A stretch of 64,000 nucleotides of DNA, from positions 5,061-69,060 of the forward strand of contig JBGVPG010000019.1 in the NCBI GenBank assembly GCA_045126855.1, in the 5' to 3' direction. The stretch is from Eubacteriales bacterium (GTDB taxonomy: Bacteria > Bacillota > Clostridia > Oscillospirales > CAG-272). A program made the translations under genes and the position numbers. This document shows positions 30,501-38,356 of this stretch, piece after piece; positions within the stretch are counted from its first letter, which is position 1; each line of letters opens with the position of its first letter. Below the pieces are notes generated by a model, which ran no database searches, was not told where the DNA came from, and was given only the letters and a program-made list of their open reading frames with translations.

Positions 30501-33500
30501 CGATCATATCACTGAGCTTACGAGCAGTATTGTTGTGAGCGGTGATAGCATCAACGAACTTCTTCTTATATCTGACGAGAACGTTGCGTGTGAAGGTGAT
30601 TCTACCGTAGTTACGGTACTTAATAAGCACCTTGTTGATACCCGAAAGTCTCTCTCTCTCAAGAACGAGACGCTCAAGGAGAAGTCTTGCGGCATTTCTC
30701 TCGGTGCAGTCACGCATATAGCGGACTTTAAGTCTGTAAACCTTACGGCTGTATTTTGCGTTAATTCTGTAAAGCTTCTTCTGATATTCCTTACCGTGGC
30801 GGTCAGACTCGTGAACAACAGTCTCAAGGTTGAGGATCTTAGCGGTGTGCTCCTCGTTGAGGCGCTTCAGCTTGAGCTCAAATCTTGCATTCTTCCTGTC
30901 GTTTCTGTTCTGTCTGCCCTGAAGTCCACTCTTAGAGAACAACAGCGATTCGTCGACGAACCAGATCTCGATGTTGGTGCAAACTCTGTGCCACCAAGCA
31001 ACGATGGGCTGTGTCCAAACGAAGAGGTGCTGCCAGAATCCAATGGGATGCCACCAGTTGGTTGCAGGCATCTCGTCGGTCATAACGTCGAAGACGAAGG
31101 GAGAGTTGATAACGGTTGTTTCAACCGAACGGTTCTCGGTAAGTCTGTAGTGCTGCATCAGAAGGGGCGTATAAATGCCCGAGCGCCACAGTCTGGGCTT
31201 CTCATAAGTAGAATCCTTGAGGGGATCCTTGGGGAATACCTCTATGTAGTTATCCTTATATGTGATAACGGGAATTCTGAGCTGCTCTGCAGAATTGATA
31301 AGCTCCTTGGCGGTAGCAAGAGGAATTCTGGAGAACTGCTCGCCAACGATTGACATATAGTCGATCGCACGGCCGTTATAGAGATCAATATTCTTGTAAA
31401 GTGCTCTTGCATTGCTTCTTGCAAGGTCCTGACGGTTAAGTCTCTTGGCAACCGAGATACAAATGCGTCTTACCTCAATGAGGTTAGAGATAACTCTGAG
31501 GTTCTCAACGAGAGCGGTTACAACGCCGTGCTCGTCGAAGGCCTTAGAGATCGCACGCTCGGTTCTGCGGAGTGCTCTCTTGAAGAACTTGATAGCCTTC
31601 TCGCACTTAACCTCGAACTGGTCGAACTCGTCTGCGGTGAGAACGAGATCTGCAGAATCTCTGAGAGACTCAAGCATAACTGCCGCAACGGCAGATGCTC
31701 TGTCAACCATAGCGGATTCGGGAGAAAGAGAGGTTGTGCTCTTGAGCTTGTTGCTCTTCTCAAGAATCTTTGCAGATGTCTCTGCATACGCCTCAAGATC
31801 GGGATCGATATCCGAGCAAACAGCCATGCTGATAACCTTGGAGCTCTGTCCAACGGTCTCAATAAGCTCACGCTTATACGCTACAGCAGGGAATACGATC
31901 TCGCTGCTGCGACAAGCCTGCTCAATAATACCTGCAGGAAGAAGGTCAAGGTCGATGCCAACGGTTGCGGAGCAACGCTTTGCAGCATTGTTATACTCGG
32001 TAACTGCGTTAGCGAAGAACTTTTCTGCTACCTTTTTCTGGCTGTAACGGCCCTTGCGGTATACGTTACGGAGATACTCGTAAGCAAGAACAAGCTTTTC
32101 TCTCTCGAGAGCAAATCTCGCAACCTCAAGACGGATAGCGGTTCTCTCGAAGGCGCTTGCAGCCTTTGCAGTGCTGATGCCTGCAAGTCTCTTACCGTAC
32201 TTGATATTAATCTTGAATACTCTGTTCTTATATTCATCAGTAGCGCGCTCGTTGATAGGAGTTCTCATTTCGAGAGCATCAAGCTCGCTCTGGTATCTCT
32301 TAGCAAGAAGCTGAGTCTCAGCTATCTGCTTTTCGATACGGGTAGCCTCACGCTGAACCTTCTTGGTTGCACGTCTGATCTTGCGACCATAGGATGCGCA
32401 GCCTGCCTTGGAACGGGGAGGCTTGATATTGAGAAGGAGATCGTCTGCGCCGATCACGGGAGTGATAACGGTGGTAGATGCCGCCTCTTCAGCGGTAAGC
32501 TCCTCATCGGGGAATACCTGTACGTAGCTTTCGTCAAAGCTAAGCTCGGGGATCACGCCAAGCGACTTGCCCGAAGCGATATTCTCGGGAAGGAAGACGG
32601 AAAGTCTTGTAAGCTGCTCACCTGTGATCGAGGAGTAGGAAATAACGTAATCGTTATATCTGTCGATCTCGCAGTGCAGAGCCTTACGGGCTTCCTTGTA
32701 ATAGGTGTAAGCCTTTACTCTTACGTAGTTCTCAAGGTTGTTACATCTGACCTCAAGAAGCTTGCCGCAAATCTTAATAATTCCGGCAAGAATAACGGGT
32801 GTTTCCTTTTCATCACGGTTTGCCTCAAGTGCCTTCTGGCCTGTCTTGAGAGCACCCTCAAGGTTCTTGATAGCCTCCTTGCTATGCTTCGCATAGATCT
32901 TGAGACTGTCCTCGCTGTTTGTCAGCTTTTCACCCTCAGCCTTAATGGCCGAAACAACCTCGTCGTGGATTACGAGATCCTCGGGGTCGATCACTACAGG
33001 ATCGTCCTCAAACACCTCTTCCTCTTCGGCTTCCTCGCCCTCGCTATCACTCTCGGGTTCGGTCGCTTCATCGGACTCTTCCGATTCGTCAGCGGTCTCT
33101 TCTGCGATCTCCTCGGCTGTCTCTTCAGCAGGTGCTTCAGCAGTCTCTTCAGCAGCTTCCTCGGCGGTCTCTTCAACCGTCTCCTCCGCAACCTCATAAG
33201 CTACCTCTTCGTCCGTCTGCTCGAGAACCTCCTCGGTCTCCTCGCTCTCCGTTTCGCCGACCTCTTCGGTTGTCTCCTCGGAAAGTTCCTCTTGTGCCTC
33301 GGCTGCCTCAGCCTCAGCCTCCTCGGTCTCTGCTACGGGCTCTTCAGCCTCGGGCTCGACCTGAGTCTCGGATTCTTCCGGTTCAGTATTCAATGGCTCT
33401 TCAACAGTTGCCTCAGGTTCGGAATTTACGGTCTCTTCGATCGCTGCTTCCTCAGCCTCAACAGACTTTTCCATCTGCTCGGTTTCCTGATTTTCAGGCT

Positions 33501-33534
33501 CCTGCATAGGCATATTTTTTTCCTTGTCTGCCAT
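27586..33534 (-). CDS. Giant hypothetical membrane protein (1982 aa): acidic N-tail, six 'YN' repeats, TM hairpin, duplicated C-terminal domain
   Basis: Long ORF with genome-typical codon usage; TAATG overlap with the CBS gene; no recognisable catalytic motif. Confidence 0.9.
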   Translation of the reverse strand: MADKEKNMPMQEPENQETEQMEKSVEAEEAAIEETVNSEPEATVEEPLNTEPEESETQVEPEAEEPVAETEEAEAEAAEAQEELSEETTEEVGETESEETEEVLEQTDEEVAYEVAEETVEETAEEAAEETAEAPAEETAEEIAEETADESEESDEATEPESDSEGEEAEEEEVFEDDPVVIDPEDLVIHDEVVSAIKAEGEKLTNSEDSLKIYAKHSKEAIKNLEGALKTGQKALEANRDEKETPVILAGIIKICGKLLEVRCNNLENYVRVKAYTYYKEARKALHCEIDRYNDYVISYSSITGEQLTRLSVFLPENIASGKSLGVIPELSFDESYVQVFPDEELTAEEAASTTVITPVIGADDLLLNIKPPRSKAGCASYGRKIRRATKKVQREATRIEKQIAETQLLAKRYQSELDALEMRTPINERATDEYKNRVFKINIKYGKRLAGISTAKAASAFERTAIRLEVARFALEREKLVLAYEYLRNVYRKGRYSQKKVAEKFFANAVTEYNNAAKRCSATVGIDLDLLPAGIIEQACRSSEIVFPAVAYKRELIETVGQSSKVISMAVCSDIDPDLEAYAETSAKILEKSNKLKSTTSLSPESAMVDRASAVAAVMLESLRDSADLVLTADEFDQFEVKCEKAIKFFKRALRRTERAISKAFDEHGVVTALVENLRVISNLIEVRRICISVAKRLNRQDLARSNARALYKNIDLYNGRAIDYMSIVGEQFSRIPLATAKELINSAEQLRIPVITYKDNYIEVFPKDPLKDSTYEKPRLWRSGIYTPLLMQHYRLTENRSVETTVINSPFVFDVMTDEMPATNWWHPIGFWQHLFVWTQPIVAWWHRVCTNIEIWFVDESLLFSKSGLQGRQNRNDRKNARFELKLKRLNEEHTAKILNLETVVHESDRHGKEYQKKLYRINAKYSRKVYRLKVRYMRDCTERNAARLLLERLVLERERLSGINKVLIKYRNYGRITFTRNVLVRYKKKFVDAITAHNNTARKLSDMIGVKFAEVSTTVADEIIRYGHLIKFPEIVCCREVIETINGRERTVGDRWHGYGLYTGTTGSKAGDGNAPVMSVGAMGYATDMGVPFLKADFDGMTILGMTPGGVPLIGFNASGETSIPFTGTPMMLTGTDGAIVLDSGRYDQDSLILGAANTTDPFSGIQKRGVDARYTDEAEEDAKDLHSGIEVETPLDLETKMIEERFARALRARSMTSIDNVANWWKLVGSEINVRIMRRLLLRSQGFLRALLPPTDEFVEVVNRRVKHSDKELLRIIAKLGGIIDIECKRYYSAVKTGVRRSQRLWSAWLHDDIQRYNDFVRQYNKGKARYEHLELLSLNIPDTIKYRKTDRPPVPPVLSLRNRVKIDDNKAPIYTDEIYHKLVEYALESADRIKEYDVEKDINDSLFGMILSLPGKLFKFLRNLRVSAWVRRLRKIYYNDNKRAKAKIAALREKGKHKAADRRQDRLELNKQERIHALVVKILNKRIVRTAMRRQENENRHYRIRYEKARSMRRYNKNTLRAVGVASDPIKYQARVHKVLRQYLARNFRIDYNMRIRQLIYRGLRVDHTIYWIVTLAFALIIAIAGIFLGVNSALQAIAAIGIIWAALPIIFVAIRFVYDIVMFLASVVLLLTRNIWLIRYGARDIERHRYGAILDCFVNEQHKLLLACENVRVKPRSNRAKKILIATVNDYNKRIEVYSEVLRVPIKSIEITALLDKLTSGQRHELSELQNFVYVREIVERVDKHERCKTLNDRELGNMVEEINQVINGINIDGTDNQVAVDLIQIAMKKLIHFVQTEIRPTQNERYELKRDLIEGINRFDISNEKKEIFARNVIKVVDQLGGRDSRRIIGVLAADDMIFSGGRAYSLAQYGDLVDQTVKAINAIDLSAEANRAASEALHAPMQTLIAYARKSDKPGEGERLELKREFALACAGFEIPKSEVNELSKNLGEIVDQLGGKYGRKLIDVLIENGVKVS

Positions 33535-33956
33535 TAATTACCCCCCTTTTCATGTTTTTTATAATTATTAAATAAAAAATTCAATATATCCCTACGTAAT
33601 ATAATCCCGATAAAGCATCCCCGATCATCAACGACGGGAACGAAATTGTGCTCGCCGACCCGTTGTATCAGCTCATCCATCGAGGCGTAGTGGTAAAGCG
33701 GCGGAGAATACTTCCTATCAAGTATCTCGGTCACGCAATTCCTCTCTGCCACTCTGGTGTCGAAGCTGCCGTTATCAAAGAAATACGCGAAAATATCATC
33801 GTTACGAAGCGTACCAACGTACTTGCCCTCACCGTCTATAACAGGAATAGCAACGTACCTGTGGAAACGCATTTTTTCAAGCGCCTGTCGGACGGTCTGG
33901 TCCGTGGTTACGTATTCAACCAGGCTCTTGGGTACAACAAATCGCATTATGTTCAT
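33534..33956 (-). CDS. Stand-alone CBS-pair protein (YkuL/CbpB-like)
   Basis: RQALEKM...YVAIPVIDGEGKYVGTL and FVPVVDDRGCFIGII. Confidence 0.9.
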   Translation of the reverse strand: MNIMRFVVPKSLVEYVTTDQTVRQALEKMRFHRYVAIPVIDGEGKYVGTLRNDDIFAYFFDNGSFDTRVAERNCVTEILDRKYSPPLYHYASMDELIQRVGEHNFVPVVDDRGCFIGIILRRDILNFLFNNYKKHEKGGN

Positions 33957-34810
33957 TTCTCACCCCACCGCATTCCGATCATTGCCGCGCCGATGGCAGT
34001 AGCGAATCTCGAACGCTCCGGAATCAGGAAGTTCAGTCCCCTTCCGACCTCGAGGTGATTAAATTCTTCAAATTTGCGTTTGCAGTGCGAAAGTCTTGTT
34101 ATGTTACCGGTAAGAATTATGTCCTTAACCCCAACCGATCTTGCCGCGAAAATGGATACCATTCCGACGGTTTCAAAGACGAGATTCATTATTCCAAGTG
34201 CAATATCGTCCTTGCTTGCAATATCCGAAAGCTTGCCGAAATTGGCAGCTGTCAAATCCGCCTCCAGCGTCTCTATCGAATTGGAGGCTGTCATATCCTT
34301 GATCTTCAGATCAACGTTATCAAGGCTTCCGGACTCGGCAAAATTCTCAATATGAGAAATCGTATCCGCATTCAGAAGCAGTCTCGAAAGACCCATCAGC
34401 GTGCCGCCGCCAACGCCGGTTCCGCCAAGGTATTTCATTCTTCCGTCTGCCATGGCGTGAACCATAGCAGTTCCCGTTCCCATGCTGACGACCAACGCCT
34501 CCGAAAGTCCGGATAGGTAGGTTCCGCCTCTGCCAATGCTGTCGAACTCAGCGACCCTCTGGCATTTCAGCCCGTAAAGGCTGTTTTTAACGTGGGAGGC
34601 ACCCACGCCTGTCATCATAACCTTCGAGATATCCGATATAGCCAGATTGTTCTCGTCGGTAAACTTTCCAAACGCGCCGTAGGTAGAGGTCACGGGGTCG
34701 TTGGCTTTGACGATCTGCGGCTCGATAAGCTCCCATTCCTTACCCTTAGCAGAAAATCCCACAATTTTCGTGCTGCTGCCACCGATGTCGATTCCGATTA
34801 CAACGCTCAT
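33953..34810 (-). CDS. coaW: Type II pantothenate kinase (CoaW-like)
   Basis: IGIDIGGSSTK, TGVGA, SMGTGT, GGTGVGGGTL, TAANFGK. Confidence 0.85.
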   Translation of the reverse strand: MSVVIGIDIGGSSTKIVGFSAKGKEWELIEPQIVKANDPVTSTYGAFGKFTDENNLAISDISKVMMTGVGASHVKNSLYGLKCQRVAEFDSIGRGGTYLSGLSEALVVSMGTGTAMVHAMADGRMKYLGGTGVGGGTLMGLSRLLLNADTISHIENFAESGSLDNVDLKIKDMTASNSIETLEADLTAANFGKLSDIASKDDIALGIMNLVFETVGMVSIFAARSVGVKDIILTGNITRLSHCKRKFEEFNHLEVGRGLNFLIPERSRFATAIGAAMIGMRWGEK

Positions 34811-35134
34811 ACCTCGTACCACCCTTCAGAAAGAGAAAATGCTTGAATTGATTTGTTTTTAATCATTTTAGCACCCCTTTCTTTATATAGATAATACGCG
34901 TATAATTATGAATTCACAGACACATTATAGCACAGCCCTTTTCTTTTTTCAATAGAAAAAGAATAATTTTTTTAATTTTTCGTTAACTTTGTGAATAATG
35001 CCGAAAATTTTTGGCGTTTTACCGAATCATATATAGATGATTCTTGAAATTTTGCGAAGGAAATGTTATAATATATCCGAACCGTATCGGTTTTTCAACC
35101 TAGGCATAGACTACAATAAACGAAAGGATGAACT

Positions 35135-35755
35135 ATGAAGGTACTTTTGATAAACGGCAGCCCCCATAAAAACGGAACCACCTACGCCGCTTTGAGCGAG
35201 GTGATCAAGACTCTCGAGGGGGAGGGTGTGGAATGTGAGCTTGTTCAGGTCGGACATCTTACCGCACGCGGCTGCGTAGGCTGTGGCGGTTGCTTCAAAA
35301 CGGGAAAATGCGTAACCGACGACATCGTAAACGAGCTCTCCAGCAAATTTGAGGAGGCCGACGCACTAATTGTAGGCTCTCCGGTACACTACGCAGCACC
35401 GGCAGGTACTCTGCTCTGCGTTCTCGACAGACTGTTTTACAGCACGCACTTCGATAAAAGAGATAAGGTCGGCGCAGCTATCGTATGTGCAAGACGAGGA
35501 GGCTGTACGGCGGCACACGACGTGCTGAACAAATACTTCACCATATCCCAGATGCCCCTGGCAACAAGCACATATTGGAATCAGGTCCACGGTGCAAATG
35601 CCGAGGATGCCGCATTGGATGAGGAGGGTATGCTCTGCATGCGCAACCTTGCGAGAAACGCCGTCTTCCTTATGAGAAGCATCGCTCTCGGAAAAGAAAA
35701 GCACGGTCTTCCCGAGAAGGAAAACCGTGTCAGAACCAACTTTATTAAACGCTAA
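35135..35755 (+). CDS. Flavodoxin family / iron-sulfur flavoprotein
   Basis: LINGSPH, CVGCGGC...C, GSPVHY, RRGG. Confidence 0.9.
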   Translation: MKVLLINGSPHKNGTTYAALSEVIKTLEGEGVECELVQVGHLTARGCVGCGGCFKTGKCVTDDIVNELSSKFEEADALIVGSPVHYAAPAGTLLCVLDRLFYSTHFDKRDKVGAAIVCARRGGCTAAHDVLNKYFTISQMPLATSTYWNQVHGANAEDAALDEEGMLCMRNLARNAVFLMRSIALGKEKHGLPEKENRVRTNFIKR

Positions 35756-36160
35756 AATGCATTGTTTTTGATATATTGTAAACTATTATTTACGCTTATC
35801 TCGGCGATTTTTTGAGAAAATCCTAGATTTTTCAAGGGTTTTCAGGGGGGTTTGAGACAATAGTCAAAAAGCTTCAAAAATGCCATTTTCCCACTTTTCT
35901 ACATTATATTATATCACGCGTATATGCGTACGCATTATAAGTGAAGTTTTGTTTTGAAGCGGTTTGAAGTGGGAAAAAAGCGAAATTAATGTAAACAATA
36001 GTTGGGCAAATAATTGTTTACATACAAAAAGAGCGGTCAAACAATGTTGCCAAAAAGGGCACCCCCTTTTGACGACCCGGCAACCCTGGATATTCACTAT
36101 GTGAAGATACCCTCTCCCTTCGCCTGGAGAGCCGGCTCTCCGATCTTCGGTCGGGGTATG

Positions 36161-36180
36161 CGAACCCAGACATACAGAGT
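36161..36180 (-). repeat. 20-bp exact copy of part of tRNA-Gln (att-like duplication)
   Basis: cgaacccagacatacagagt is identical to 36418-36437. Confidence 0.85.
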
Positions 36181-36340
36181 TTGCCGCTCGGGGTTTTGTT
36201 TGCACGAATTGCGATTAAGGTGCTTTTGGATGTCCGATCTCCTCGCCTGGCAATATACCGCCATCCGGCGGTATGCATAGTCTGCTAACTTCGCCTTTGG
36301 CGAAGGCAGGCTCCGATCATATGTCTGCGACCGAAGGTCG

Positions 36341-36412
36341 TAGTTCCGCTGTCAAAAGGAAAGAAAAAACGACCATCGTATGATGGTCGTCTTTCTTTTG
36401 GCAGCGGAACTA
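36341..36412. terminator. tRNA terminator nested in an inverted repeat that includes the tRNA 3' end
   Basis: tagttccgctgtcaaaag...acgaccatc-gtat-gatggtcgt...cttttggcagcggaacta. Confidence 0.65.
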
Positions 36413-36473
36413 GGATTCGAACCCAGACATACAGAGTCAGAGTCTGCTGTGCTACCTTTACACAATTCCGCTA
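36399..36473 (-). tRNA. tRNA-Gln (anticodon CTG)
   Basis: TAGCGGA acceptor stem, anticodon loop CT-CTG-AC, GGTTCGAATCC T-arm, encoded CCA. Confidence 0.95.
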
Positions 36474-36491
36474 TGTTTTTCACGCTTGAAC

Positions 36492-36520
36492 ATTATACAA
36501 CATAATATTGCTTTTGTCAA
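36492..36520 (-). promoter_or_regulatory. Sigma-A promoter for tRNA-Gln
   Basis: TTGACA-17 nt-TATAAT. Confidence 0.8.
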
Positions 36521-36578
36521 GTACTTTTTTAAATTTTTTGAAATTTCTTGAAAATGTGCGCTCGAGGGTGGTTTTCTC

Positions 36579-36607
36579 TTGACAAATATGCGAATTTGGA
36601 GTATAAT
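36579..36607 (+). promoter_or_regulatory. Sigma-A promoter for the DtxR-family gene
   Basis: TTGACA-17 nt-TATAAT. Confidence 0.8.
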
Positions 36608-36637
36608 GTTTCTATTAAATATTTACTGGAGTTTATA

Positions 36638-37000
36638 ATGCACTTACAAGAATCCGGCGAGATGTATCTCGAGACAATATTAATACTGACCCAAAAGAGC
36701 TCAAACGTCAGATCCATTGACGTTTGCGAGGAAATGGGGTTCTCAAAGCCAAGCGTCAGCCGTGCAATAGGTCTTTTGAAGAGTGGCGGATACGTCGAGG
36801 TCGATCGGGACGGCTTCCTCTCTCTCACAGAGCTTGGACGTGAGGTTGCTATGAAGGTATATGATCGCCATACGATCCTCACAAGATTTCTCGCATCTAT
36901 CGGTGTTGATGAGGAAACCGCCGCAAATGACGCTTGTAAGATCGAGCACGTTATCAGCGACGAAACTCTTGAAGCAATACGAGAATTTGTAGAAAAATAA
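36638..37000 (+). CDS. DtxR/MntR family metal-dependent regulator
   Basis: ESGEMYLETI, SKPSVSRA, DACKIEHVIS. Confidence 0.92.
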   Translation: MHLQESGEMYLETILILTQKSSNVRSIDVCEEMGFSKPSVSRAIGLLKSGGYVEVDRDGFLSLTELGREVAMKVYDRHTILTRFLASIGVDEETAANDACKIEHVISDETLEAIREFVEK

Positions 37001-37051
37001 GCAATTTTGTAATCTTTAATTTACATTTATACAAAAATCAAGGAGAAAAGT

Positions 37052-38245
37052 ATGAGTCGTACTATTGGAACTGTATCAAGAGGTGTCAGAGCACCTATCA
37101 TCAGAAACGGTGACGATCTCGCAAAAATCGTAACAGAATCCGTCTTCGAGGCATCACGTGATGCCGGCTTTGAAATTCAAAACAGAGACATCATCGGTAT
37201 GACCGAGGCTATCGTCGCACGTGCCCAGGGCAACTACGCCAGCGTAGACGATATTGCAGCCGACGTAAGATCCAAGTTCCCCGAGGGAACGGTTGGTGTA
37301 ATATTCCCTATCCTCAGCCGTAACCGCTTTGCAATCTGCCTCAAGGGTATTGCAAGAGGAGCAAAAAAGGTAGTTCTCATGCTCTCCTACCCCTCCGATG
37401 AGGTTGGAAACCATCTCATCAGCGTTGACGCTATGGACGAGAAGGGTGTTGACCCCTACAGAGACGTTCTTGACGTTAAAAAATACCGTGAGCTTTTCGG
37501 ATATGAGAAGCATCGCTTCACCGGTGTAGACTACGTTGAATATTACGACAGCCTTATTCGTGGCGAGGGTGCGGAATGCGAGATCATTTTCGCAAACAAC
37601 CCCAGAGCAATTCTTGACTACACAGACGCAGTTCTTAACTGCGATATTCATACACGCCAGAGAACCAAGAGAATTCTCAAGTCTGCAGGCGCAAAGACGG
37701 TTTACGGCATGGACGAGATCCTTACCGAGTCCATAAACGGCTCGGGCTACAACGAGGAGTACGGTCTTCTCGGCTCCAATAAGGCGACCGAGGAGCGGGT
37801 AAAGCTCTTCCCCAGAGATTGCCAGACCCTTGTTGAGGATATTCAGAAGAGAATCCTTGACGCCACGGGCAAGCTCGTAGAGGTTATGGTTTACGGTGAC
37901 GGTGCCTTCAAGGACCCCGTCGGAAAGATCTGGGAGCTTGCAGACCCCGTTGTTTCTCCTGCATACACCGCAGGCCTCGAGGGTACACCCAACGAACTGA
38001 AGCTCAAGTACCTTGCCGACAATGATTTTGCCGCCCTCTCCGGCGAGGAGCTGAAGGCAGCTATCAAGAGCGAGATACAAAAAAAGGACAGCAACCTCGT
38101 TGGAAAAATGGCGTCCGAGGGCACGACACCCAGACGACTTACCGACCTTATCGGCTCGCTTTGCGACCTGACCTCGGGCTCGGGCGACAAGGGTACTCCC
38201 ATCATCTACATCCAGGGTTACTTCGACAACTACACCACAGAATAA
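37052..38245 (+). CDS. Coenzyme F420-0:L-glutamate ligase (CofE)-like protein
   Basis: PIIRNGDDL, TEAIVARAQG, DLIGSLCDLTSGSGDKGTP. Confidence 0.8.
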   Translation: MSRTIGTVSRGVRAPIIRNGDDLAKIVTESVFEASRDAGFEIQNRDIIGMTEAIVARAQGNYASVDDIAADVRSKFPEGTVGVIFPILSRNRFAICLKGIARGAKKVVLMLSYPSDEVGNHLISVDAMDEKGVDPYRDVLDVKKYRELFGYEKHRFTGVDYVEYYDSLIRGEGAECEIIFANNPRAILDYTDAVLNCDIHTRQRTKRILKSAGAKTVYGMDEILTESINGSGYNEEYGLLGSNKATEERVKLFPRDCQTLVEDIQKRILDATGKLVEVMVYGDGAFKDPVGKIWELADPVVSPAYTAGLEGTPNELKLKYLADNDFAALSGEELKAAIKSEIQKKDSNLVGKMASEGTTPRRLTDLIGSLCDLTSGSGDKGTPIIYIQGYFDNYTTE

Positions 38246-38249
38246 GCTC

Positions 38250-38275
38250 AAAAGCCTTCCTTTGGGAAGGCTTTT
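38250..38275 (+). terminator. Intrinsic terminator
   Basis: aaaagccttcc-tttg-ggaaggctttt. Confidence 0.8.
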
Positions 38276-38288
38276 GTTATTTATTAAC

Positions 38289-38317
38289 TTGACAAATAAC
38301 TTCTAAAGCTTTATAAT
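38289..38317 (+). promoter_or_regulatory. Sigma-A promoter for trkAH
   Basis: TTGACA-17 nt-TATAAT. Confidence 0.8.
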
Positions 38318-38356
38318 ATATTTTGAAGTATTATGAACTAAACGGAGGTATTCCGA

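Noticed and set aside
27577-33537. Very long plus-strand ORFs (1258 aa, 669 aa) opposite the giant gene, and similar ones opposite infB, nusA, metY and the fibre genes
   Set aside because: Antisense shadows caused by codon bias of the real genes; L/V/S-rich translations with no recognisable motifs.
35760-36400. Prophage or integrative element at tRNA-Gln; short ORFs 35909-36280
   Set aside because: No integrase or phage genes; the short ORFs overlap hairpin-rich non-coding sequence and lack recognisable coding features.
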